DNA from: a virus
Strand: one strand, 5' to 3'
Virus record (IMG/VR): IMGVR_UViG_3300045988_020417
Coordinates: 1 to 35,443 of that record
Length of the DNA stretch: 35,443 nucleotides
A model generated the notes under the pieces. That model was given only the letters and a program-made list of their open reading frames with translations. It did no database searches and was not told the origin of the DNA. The position numbers and the translations under genes are program-made. Shown piece by piece: positions 6,931-14,448 of this stretch. Every line of letters begins with the position of its first letter. The first letter of the stretch is position 1.

Positions 6931-7035
6931 TAACAAACCAGCCCACGTTAAACCTCATTAATTCGGTTAAAGGCTAAACAGGCTAAGCTGTAGTTCAGAC
7001 CGAGCGTAGTTCTAGTATACAGCAGCCCCGGAAAA

Positions 7036-7044
7036 TGATATAAT
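7036..7044 (+). promoter_or_regulatory. Extended -10 element (TGaTATAAT) upstream of the GIY-YIG gene
   Basis: Exact TGnTATAAT match, 27 nt before ATG 7072. Confidence 0.45.
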
Positions 7045-7071
7045 GTCATTAGTGAAGGGGATGGAATTATC

Positions 7072-7557
7072 ATGTATTTAGTTTATTTATTTCAAGAAAA
7101 GTCAACAGGCAATGTTATTTACGTCGGTAGCACATCGAGAATGCAAGCACGATTGAAAGAACATAAGCGTGCGTTAGCCACTGGTAAAGGCGCTAGTAGA
7201 ATCCATAGATATATGAACTCTAAAAATTTAAAGCTGGTAAATGATGTTAGGATTATCTGGGAGTATAGTACTGATAACATGGAAGACATGCTAAAACATG
7301 AAGAATCAGAATATTACAAATGGCTACCAGCTGGTAATTTAATGAACGAGCGGCCTGGTGAAGATAGAAATGGATCTAACAATCCTAAGGCACGCGCTGT
7401 GCGTTGTTTTAACGATGGTAGAGTGTTTAAAACAATTTCTAGTGCTGCACGATATTATGGCATAACCCGACATGGAATTGATGATGTTATAAATGGACGC
7501 CGCAAGCAAACAGGACGCCGCAAGACTGGAATTGAATATAAATTTGAACGCGTGTAA
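7072..7557 (+). CDS. GIY-YIG homing endonuclease (intron-encoded)
   Basis: The N-terminus YLVYLFQEKSTGNVIYVGST...RLKEHK is a GIY-YIG module. The C-terminal repeat-like DNA-binding segment is AVRCFNDGRVFKTISSAARYYGITRHGI. Confidence 0.85.
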   Translation: MYLVYLFQEKSTGNVIYVGSTSRMQARLKEHKRALATGKGASRIHRYMNSKNLKLVNDVRIIWEYSTDNMEDMLKHEESEYYKWLPAGNLMNERPGEDRNGSNNPKARAVRCFNDGRVFKTISSAARYYGITRHGIDDVINGRRKQTGRRKTGIEYKFERV

Positions 7558-7702
7558 CGACTATCGAAAGCACCTTAAATGGTGAACGAGTAGAGTAAGC
7601 CCCAAGTGGGGTTGAAAGATGAGGGGCGAAAGCCAAGATATAGTCTGAACTTTATGGAAACATAGAGAGATATGTCGGGAACGGACATATCGTAACATAT
7701 TG

Positions 7703-8844
7703 TGGACGATGCGCTCAAGATAACCTCGATAACTACAGATGTCGGGGTTATTTGCCGTGAATGGATAGAGGAGGCTTACGAATTAAAGTCAAAATCGGCT
7801 TTTGAAACCGTTGAAGAATCCTTACGAGGCATTCTTCCTGATCCTCAAGGATTCTATCAGACCGTGATCACATTCAACCCGTGGAGCGACAGAAGCTGGC
7901 TTAAGAGTGAGTTCTTCGATGAAGATACGCGGAGACCCAACACGCGCAGTTTCACGACCACATACACGGATAACCCATGGTTAAATGATGACTACGTTGA
8001 AACCCTCAAGGACATGGTTAAGCGCAATCCTAACCGTGCCCGTGTCGCTGTATATGGAGACTGGGGCATTGCAGAAGGTCTTGTGTTTGATGGGCTGTTC
8101 GAGCAGCGCGATTTCAGTATGGAAGAGATAGCCACGTTGCCAAAAGCAGTCGGCCTTGACTTCGGTTTCAAGCATGACCCGACAGCGGGTGAGTTTATAG
8201 CCATTGATCAGCAGAACAGAGTCGTGTATATCTATGACGAGTTCTATCAGCAGGGGATGCTGACACAGCAGATTGCAGAGGCAATTGGGCAACACAAAGG
8301 CTATGGCTTGCAGATAACGGCTGATAGCGCCGAACAGAGGCTCATATCTGAGCTTTCAGGTGTATATGGTGTGCCAAACATCGTAGGCGCTGGCAAGGGA
8401 AAAGACAGCGTCTCACAGGGTATTCAATACATGCAGTCGTATCATTTCGTTGTTCATCCCCGTGTCAAGGGACTGTTGGAAGAATTCAACACTTACGTTT
8501 ATTCCAAAGACAAGTTTGACAACTGGACGAACACGCCTGAAGACGCTAATAACCATGCCTGCTTGACTGGTGATACATTGGTTGAAACTATTAACGGTAG
8601 CAAGCCAATCAGTGAGCTAGTAGGAAAAACTGGTAACGTTTATAGTCTTGACGCTGAAACTGGGAATGTAGTAGTTGATGAGTTTAGCAACGTATGCAAG
8701 ACAAGAAAACAAGCGGCAGTGTTTGAAATCGAATTAGAGGATGGGCGAACAGTCAAAGCAACAGCCGACCATAAGTTTCTTACCAAAGACGGTTGGAAAG
8801 AGTTAGCCGATTTAACAGAAGATGATGAGATTATCTCAATTTAA
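7703..8844 (+). CDS. terL: Terminase large subunit exon 2 (to 8559) fused to an N-terminal intein fragment (8560..8841)
   Basis: Walker B-like ICREWIEEA and nuclease-domain sequence run up to PEDANNHA. Intein blocks A (CLTGDTLVET) and B (TADHKFLT) follow, then a TAA stop. Confidence 0.8.
8560..8841 (+). mobile_element. Intein N-fragment (94 aa), terminated by a stop codon
   Basis: Cys1 at 8560; CLTGDTLV...GRTVKATADHKFLTKDGW. The frame closes at 8842..8844. Confidence 0.75.
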
Positions 8845-8865
8845 TGCGCCAAGATACTCCATGCA

Positions 8866-8874
8866 TGGTATAAT
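8866..8874 (+). promoter_or_regulatory. Extended -10 element (TGgTATAAT) upstream of the HNH gene
   Basis: Exact TGnTATAAT, followed by AGGAG (8882-8886) and ATG 8895. Confidence 0.45.
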
Positions 8875-8894
8875 GTATGTTAGGAGATGATTTT

Positions 8895-9530
8895 ATGAAA
8901 TCCATCACTGTAGACGGCTACCGTTTCGTAAAAGATGATCAAAGCGGTTATTGGCAATGCAACCAGTTCATTGCAAAAGAAGGAAAGCCGAAACGATTGC
9001 ACCGCTACGTCTGGGAAAAGTACCACGGTACAATAAAGCCCGGTTATGACGTCCACCACATTGACAAAAACAAAGACAACAACGATATTTCCAATTTGGT
9101 CTGTCTTTCTTCACATGACCACCAGCATTTGCACGGTGTTGAAAAGGTTAAAAACAACCATGAGTGGTTCGCTGAGTTTCACCAGCGTGGTATTGAATTA
9201 GCGCCTAAATGGCACGCTTCTGCTGAAGGACACGAGTGGCATTTAAAGCACTTCGAGGCGATGAAAGATAAACTGTACGCCAAAAAAGAATTTGTATGTG
9301 AACAATGTGGGAAAACATTTTCAGCACAAGATAACGGACACAACCGTTTCTGCTCCAACGCTTGCAAGTCAAAATGGCGTAGAAATAACCACATTGATGA
9401 TGTAGAAAGGACGTGTGTAATTTGTGGCACTAAATTCAGCGCAAACAAATATTCAAAAAAAGAAACCTGCTCACGTAGTTGTGCCTCAAAACTCTCGTTT
9501 GCAAAAAGGCGTGAAAATAAAGTCAATTAG
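8895..9530 (+). CDS. Free-standing HNH homing endonuclease between the two intein halves
   Basis: It has its own RBS and start, in a different frame from the intein. HNH core HHIDKNKDNNDISNLVCLSSHDHQHLH. C-terminal Cys-rich zinc-finger repeats (CEQCGKTF..C, CVICGTKF..C). Confidence 0.85.
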   Translation: MKSITVDGYRFVKDDQSGYWQCNQFIAKEGKPKRLHRYVWEKYHGTIKPGYDVHHIDKNKDNNDISNLVCLSSHDHQHLHGVEKVKNNHEWFAEFHQRGIELAPKWHASAEGHEWHLKHFEAMKDKLYAKKEFVCEQCGKTFSAQDNGHNRFCSNACKSKWRRNNHIDDVERTCVICGTKFSANKYSKKETCSRSCASKLSFAKRRENKVN

Positions 9531-9723
9531 TTTTTCCGGATATGAAGACGTTTATGACATGTATGTAAAGAACCACCATAACTTTGCTGTTAATGGTGGT
9601 TTTATTGTGCATAATTGTGACGCTTTGAGGTATGCGATGGAGCCGTTCACGTTCAGAACTGCCGGCCATTACATGAGCAACCAAGAACGCATTCAGACAA
9701 TCAAAAATTTAGGATTGGGGTGA
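9511..9723 (+). CDS. terL: Intein C-fragment (9511..9615, 35 aa) plus TerL C-extein (9616..9723); start uncertain (GTG 9511 or GTG 9424)
   Basis: (V/M)KIKSISFSGYEDVYDMYVKNHHNFAVNGGFIVHN followed by CDALRYAMEPF. Intein blocks F and G end in HN, then a +1 Cys. The extein carries the conserved terminase D-A-x-R-Y motif. Confidence 0.7.
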   Translation: MKIKSISFSGYEDVYDMYVKNHHNFAVNGGFIVHNCDALRYAMEPFTFRTAGHYMSNQERIQTIKNLGLG

Positions 9724-9724
9724 C

Positions 9725-11245
9725 ATGATGGATCCATTTGAAGAATCAAACTTACTTTACCAAGAAGACATTACGAGCCTCACTCCGGATCGGATCATGA
9801 AGTTCATTTTCCACCATCACGAGTATCAGCTTCCACGGCTGAAGAAGCTCGACCGATACTACAAGGGTCAAAATGAAGGCATTCTAAGCCCACAGTCACG
9901 GCGCATTGAAACCGGCAAGTCAGACCACAGAGCTGTTCACTCGTTCGGCAAGTACATCGCTGATTTCCAGACTGCCTACTCTGTTGGTAATCCAGTGAAC
10001 GTGAAGCTTGATGAAGATGACAAGCGGCTCGACCAGATTACGCGAGTGAACGACCTGGACGCGCTCAACTATGATCTGTTCCTAGATATGACGCGATATG
10101 GGCGTGCTTACGAGTATGTTTACTATGGCAGTGACTCAATCGAGCATTGTGTTCGTCTTGATCCGCTTGATACGTTCGTCATCTACTCGCTTGATGTTGA
10201 TCCGCAGCCAATCATGGCTGTTCGGTACCATTCAGTTGAATTAGTTGACGATAACAACAAGACAATTATCAACATCATCCCCGAAACGTGGACCGCGACA
10301 GAACATGACGTTTACAAGCCGACCACGGTTGGTGGTGCAATGTATTTGGATCGCAGCGAGATCATTCGTGTATTTCCAGTTGTCGAGTATGACAACAACC
10401 GTTTCCGCACTGGTGACTTCGAGCACGTGATCTCACTGATTGACCTGTACGATTCAGCACAGTCTGACACTGCTAACTACATGACTGACCTGAATGATGC
10501 GTTGTTAGTCATCAGCGGTGATATTGACGCTTTATTCAACGGTAGCACGCTTATGAGTGGTGTTGACCCTAACGATCCTGAGGCGATGAAAAAGCTCGCA
10601 CAGGACAAACTAGAGCTTATCAAAGAACAGAAAGACGCCAACATGCTGCTGCTCAAGTCTAGAATGACAGCAACCGGTCAGCAAACGAGCGTTGACGCAA
10701 AGTACATCAACAAGGCATATGACGTCAGTGGCACCGAAGCGTACAAGAAACGCGTTGCCGAAGACATTCATAAGTTCAGCCACACACCAGACCTAACCGA
10801 CAGTAACTTTGCGTCTAACGTGTCTGGTGTTGCGATGAAGTACAAGCTGCTTGGTACTGTCGAATTAGCAGCAATCAAGCGACGCATGTTTGAGAAATCA
10901 CTGTACCAACGATACTCAATCATATATGCACTCGATCAAAGCGTGTCAGGCGGCATGAAAACGGATCCTAATACGATTAAGTTCACGTTCCGCGACAATC
11001 TACCAACAGATGACATCACGCAGATTCAAGCGCTTGTTGCTGCGGGTGCAACACTGCCACAAGAATACTTGTACAGATTTGCACCAGGCGTCACTGATCC
11101 GCAAGAGATTACCGATATGGTTGCCAAGCAACGAGCAGACAGTGATTACAGTGAGGACTTGACAAACAATGACGAAAACACCGAAGGAACGGATCAAAGC
11201 GTTCGCGGACAAACAGGACAAGCAACACCGCCAGATAGCAAGTGA
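9725..11245 (+). CDS. Portal protein (SPP1 gp6-like)
   Basis: 506 aa, immediately after terL and followed by a Mu-F-like minor head protein. The size and acidic C-terminus are typical of portal proteins. Confidence 0.8.
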   Translation: MMDPFEESNLLYQEDITSLTPDRIMKFIFHHHEYQLPRLKKLDRYYKGQNEGILSPQSRRIETGKSDHRAVHSFGKYIADFQTAYSVGNPVNVKLDEDDKRLDQITRVNDLDALNYDLFLDMTRYGRAYEYVYYGSDSIEHCVRLDPLDTFVIYSLDVDPQPIMAVRYHSVELVDDNNKTIINIIPETWTATEHDVYKPTTVGGAMYLDRSEIIRVFPVVEYDNNRFRTGDFEHVISLIDLYDSAQSDTANYMTDLNDALLVISGDIDALFNGSTLMSGVDPNDPEAMKKLAQDKLELIKEQKDANMLLLKSRMTATGQQTSVDAKYINKAYDVSGTEAYKKRVAEDIHKFSHTPDLTDSNFASNVSGVAMKYKLLGTVELAAIKRRMFEKSLYQRYSIIYALDQSVSGGMKTDPNTIKFTFRDNLPTDDITQIQALVAAGATLPQEYLYRFAPGVTDPQEITDMVAKQRADSDYSEDLTNNDENTEGTDQSVRGQTGQATPPDSK

Positions 11246-11981
11246 CGTTGCCAAATACACCGCGGCATTCATGGCCTTCTGGTATGCATTCAACGAGAAG
11301 CACGAAGAATACACACACGCTGATGATTCGCGGTACTACGATCCTGCGCTGAAAGAACAGCTTGATCGAGATGCACAAGAAGCCGGAGTTAAGCAGAAGT
11401 CAGTTGCCAATAACGATGATCTGCTATCATATGCGGCCTATGTTTATTCAACGGCTGTTGCCATTAAGGTTGCTGATTATATTGGCACAACGCTTGGTGA
11501 TTTGGTAAAACAGACGGCCAAGCTGGGATCATCAATATATGGAAAGAAAATCAAGCCTGACCTATCAATCGTTGATAAATTGTTCGATGGTGCAACATGG
11601 AGCGACCGTATCTGGTCAAATCAAGACGCATTGCGAAATGATCTGGTTAAGATGATGAAGAATGCACTGTTGACGCACAGCAATCCGATTACGCAAAGCC
11701 CATCGCTTCGTAATAAGTTTGGTGTCATGAAGTATCAATCAGACCGCATCATTCGAACCGAAAGCGATCGCGTCATGGCACATCAAAGCGTTGTGAACGC
11801 TCGTGAAGCTGGATACAAGAAAGTGATTTGGGTTATCAACTCAGGCGCGTGTGACATATGTAAGCAACGCAGCGGTGAGGTTTACACGCTGAAACAAGCC
11901 GAGGGGATGATACCAGCGCACCCCAACTGTCTTTGCTCATGGGCTGCGTATGACTCTGGTGATGAGGTTGAAGATGACTAG
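11169..11981 (+). CDS. Minor head / head morphogenesis protein (SPP1 gp7 / Mu F-like)
   Basis: C-terminal RTESDRVMAHQSV...CDICKQRSGEVY...IPAHPNCLCSW is the Mu-F family signature. Confidence 0.8.
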   Translation: MTKTPKERIKAFADKQDKQHRQIASDVAKYTAAFMAFWYAFNEKHEEYTHADDSRYYDPALKEQLDRDAQEAGVKQKSVANNDDLLSYAAYVYSTAVAIKVADYIGTTLGDLVKQTAKLGSSIYGKKIKPDLSIVDKLFDGATWSDRIWSNQDALRNDLVKMMKNALLTHSNPITQSPSLRNKFGVMKYQSDRIIRTESDRVMAHQSVVNAREAGYKKVIWVINSGACDICKQRSGEVYTLKQAEGMIPAHPNCLCSWAAYDSGDEVEDD

Positions 11982-11990
11982 GAGGAAATC

Positions 11991-12200
11991 ATGGCAAAGC
12001 AAAAGATTGATATTGGCAAATACACAAGCTTTGTAATGGAGGGACTAGTTATGGACGCTGAGGCAGAACAGACGTACAAAATGGCCGCTGATTTCTATAT
12101 GACGGTTCATGACCGAGCAATTGAAAACGGTGCAAATGAAGACGAAGCACACAAAATTGCTACCAATATCCTAACAGCCACGTACCGATCACAGGTTTAA
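11991..12200 (+). CDS. Hypothetical protein (69 aa)
   Basis: GGAGGAAATC RBS upstream of the ATG. Confidence 0.55.
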   Translation: MAKQKIDIGKYTSFVMEGLVMDAEAEQTYKMAADFYMTVHDRAIENGANEDEAHKIATNILTATYRSQV

Positions 12201-12212
12201 GCGGAGGAAATA

Positions 12213-12443
12213 ATGGAAAATAAAACTAAAAGTGAAACCGCAAGCCGTGGCACAGGGTTTTGTGGCCTGCTGACGATCGCATTTATCGTTCTCAAACTGT
12301 GCCATGTCATCGACTGGCCATGGCTTTGGGTTGTATCACCAATCTTGATCGGATTTACACTTACGCTGGGAATCTTTTGCATCCTACTACTGGTTTATGG
12401 CGTAATTGCACTTTGTGAGCGCAAAAGCGGGAGGAAACAATGA
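12213..12443 (+). CDS. Small membrane protein (two predicted TM helices)
   Basis: GGAGGAAATA RBS. Hydrophobic stretches FCGLLTIAFIVL and VVSPILIGFTLTLGIFCILLLVYGVIAL. Confidence 0.55.
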   Translation: MENKTKSETASRGTGFCGLLTIAFIVLKLCHVIDWPWLWVVSPILIGFTLTLGIFCILLLVYGVIALCERKSGRKQ

Positions 12444-12766
12444 AGCTACCAGAAAAAGTATTGATTGATGATATCGAGTACAAGGTTAAAGAAGTAAGTC
12501 ATCGAAAACTTCAGCTTAGCAATGAAGATTTACAAAGCGAGATTTTTGGCGATACGCGTTATAAGCCAGCGTGCATTCGCATTTGTGATGGAATGGCTAG
12601 TGATGAGACAAAGATCACCTTAGTGCACGAGATTATTCATGCGATATTGCACGAACGTGGTTTCGAAAAGCAAAACAATGATGAGGCAATGGTTGACGGA
12701 TTAGCGCATGCGATTCGCATGTTGGCCAAGCAGAACCCAGAACTGATCAAGCAAATTCTTTTATAA
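12440..12766 (+). CDS. Putative zinc metallopeptidase (HExxH)
   Basis: The motif TLVHEIIHAILHE is an HExxH pattern. ATGA overlap with the upstream gene. Confidence 0.5.
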   Translation: MKLPEKVLIDDIEYKVKEVSHRKLQLSNEDLQSEIFGDTRYKPACIRICDGMASDETKITLVHEIIHAILHERGFEKQNNDEAMVDGLAHAIRMLAKQNPELIKQILL

Positions 12767-12818
12767 ACTTGTGACCTGAGCAAGTCCCTAAACTACTCAA
12801 AAATAATAGCGTGAAGTG

Positions 12819-12885
12819 ATAGACGTGCGATCGTGGCTGGGCCTTATGGCGTGGCTGGGGTCATTTAGCACGTCTATTCGTTTTG
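12819..12885 (+). promoter_or_regulatory. 10-bp perfect inverted repeat with a 39-nt loop and T-tail, upstream of the scaffold gene
   Basis: ATAGACGTGC(12819-12828)/GCACGTCTAT(12868-12877), followed by TCGTTTT. The loop holds two copies of CGTGGCTGGG. Confidence 0.4.
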
Positions 12886-12906
12886 GGCTAAACAGGAGGA
12901 ACCATC

Positions 12907-13449
12907 ATGGCAGAAGAAACACAAACTCAAGAAGAAGTCGAGACAACCGAAACCACCACTCAGGCGCCAACCACATATACGCAGGCTCAGCTTGACAGCG
13001 AGGCCGATAAACGTGCAGCTAAGGCACTGGAAACAGCCAGGGCTAAGTGGGAAGCAGAACAGGCTAAGGCGCTTGAGGAAGCCAAGAGTGAAGGCGCACG
13101 GCTTGCTAAGATGACCGAAGATGAAAAGGCCAAAGAGCTTGAGAAACAGCGACAGGCAGAACTAGACAAGCGTGAGGCTGAACTCAATCGGCGCGAGTTG
13201 TCGACAAGTACGAAGTCATTACTCGTTGACAAAGGACTGCCGGCTGACTTTGCTGACTCTCTGGTTGCTTTGGGTGATGCTGACAAGATCAAGACGGCTG
13301 TTGAGAATATTCAGAAGACAATTCAAGAGACGGTAAACAAGCAGGTTGAATCTAAGCTGCAAACGGATCCGCCTAAAAATGGTGCTTCTGCCCTTGATGG
13401 CCCTGACGATCCATTCAAGAAAATCATGGCACAATACAAAAAGAAATAG
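12907..13449 (+). CDS. Head scaffolding protein
   Basis: 180 aa, rich in Glu/Lys/Ala and coiled-coil-like. It lies just before the major capsid gene. Confidence 0.75.
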   Translation: MAEETQTQEEVETTETTTQAPTTYTQAQLDSEADKRAAKALETARAKWEAEQAKALEEAKSEGARLAKMTEDEKAKELEKQRQAELDKREAELNRRELSTSTKSLLVDKGLPADFADSLVALGDADKIKTAVENIQKTIQETVNKQVESKLQTDPPKNGASALDGPDDPFKKIMAQYKKK

Positions 13450-13462
13450 GAGGTAGCTAATC

Positions 13463-14380
13463 ATGGCTACAGAAAACAACGATTTACCAGTACGCATCTA
13501 TCAGAAGCAATTCATCGGTTTAATGCAAACCGTATTCGGTGTGCAAAGCACATTCACCCCAACATTCGGCGCACTGCAAGCACTCGATAGCGTTCAAAAC
13601 AACGCGATTGCGTTCAGTGTTAAAGCGAATGATGTGCCTGTTGCTGTTGGCACATACAACACTGATCCTAACGTGGCATTTGGCTCTGGCACCAGCAACT
13701 CTAACCGCTTCGGGCCAATGAAGGAAATTATCTATGGCGACATCGATGTACCATATTCCTTCGGCTGGAGTTTCAACGAAGGTATCGACCAGCTCACTGT
13801 CAACAACGATCTAAATGCTGCAGTGGCTGACCGCCTGAACTTGCAAGCACAAGCTAAGACGCGGCTGTTCAACAGCAAGCTGGGCGCCTACTTGGTTGCT
13901 AGTGCTGCGGCTGATCTTGGTGCGGTTGATGATGTCAACAAGGTATTCGAAGCGGCGTCCGAACGTTACACGGATCTTGAAGTCGTTGTTCCAGTTCGTG
14001 CATACGTTACTGCCGAAGTTTACAACGCAATCATCGACCACCAGTTGGTAACCAGCTCCAAAGGTTCTGCTGTGAACATCGACGAAAATGGCATCGTTCG
14101 TTTCCGCGACATCATTGTTACCAAGACGCCTACTCGTTACATGGCTGGCAAGGCCATCATCTTTGCACCTGATAACATTGGCCGTGCATTTACTGGCATC
14201 AACGTTGTTCGGACGATTCAATCCGAGAACTTTGCGGGCGTTGCTTTGCAAGGTGCCGGTAAGGCAGGTCAGTGGATCAGCGATGACAACCGTCAGGCAA
14301 TCTTCACTGCCGGGACGTCAGCAACTACCACGACCACTACAAAAGCTACAACGACAACCACAACTACTTCGCACGCTTAG
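13463..14380 (+). CDS. Major capsid protein with a Thr-rich C-terminal tail
   Basis: GGAGG RBS. 305 aa, positioned after the scaffold gene. The C-terminus is TSATTTTTTKATTTTTTTSHA. Confidence 0.8.
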   Translation: MATENNDLPVRIYQKQFIGLMQTVFGVQSTFTPTFGALQALDSVQNNAIAFSVKANDVPVAVGTYNTDPNVAFGSGTSNSNRFGPMKEIIYGDIDVPYSFGWSFNEGIDQLTVNNDLNAAVADRLNLQAQAKTRLFNSKLGAYLVASAAADLGAVDDVNKVFEAASERYTDLEVVVPVRAYVTAEVYNAIIDHQLVTSSKGSAVNIDENGIVRFRDIIVTKTPTRYMAGKAIIFAPDNIGRAFTGINVVRTIQSENFAGVALQGAGKAGQWISDDNRQAIFTAGTSATTTTTTKATTTTTTTSHA

Positions 14381-14448
14381 TTAATTGATGCAAGTCGCCT
14401 ATCGAAATAGGACAGTACGGGAAACCGGGCGGCTGATTGGAGGACAGA

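Larger units (their letters stand above)
6931..7702 (+). mobile_element. Group I intron (772 nt) in terL carrying a GIY-YIG homing endonuclease
   Basis: P1: exon CGTGGGT(6924-6930) pairs with GCCCACG(6941-6947), with a U-G wobble at the splice site. The intron ends in G at 7702. CCA(6938-6940) can pair with 3' exon TGG (P10). An S-like element AAGATATAGTC lies at 7635-7645. GTTCAGAC(6993-7000) pairs with GTCTGAAC(7643-7650). A GNRA hairpin GGCGAAAGCC is present. Joining the exons gives FRG-L-DDALKI in frame. Confidence 0.8.

Noticed and set aside
13539-14384. Alternate-frame + strand ORFs inside the capsid gene (13539..13721 and 14088..14384).
   Set aside because: They are fully embedded in the capsid gene, have no RBS, and have low-complexity Arg/Leu/Ser-rich translations.
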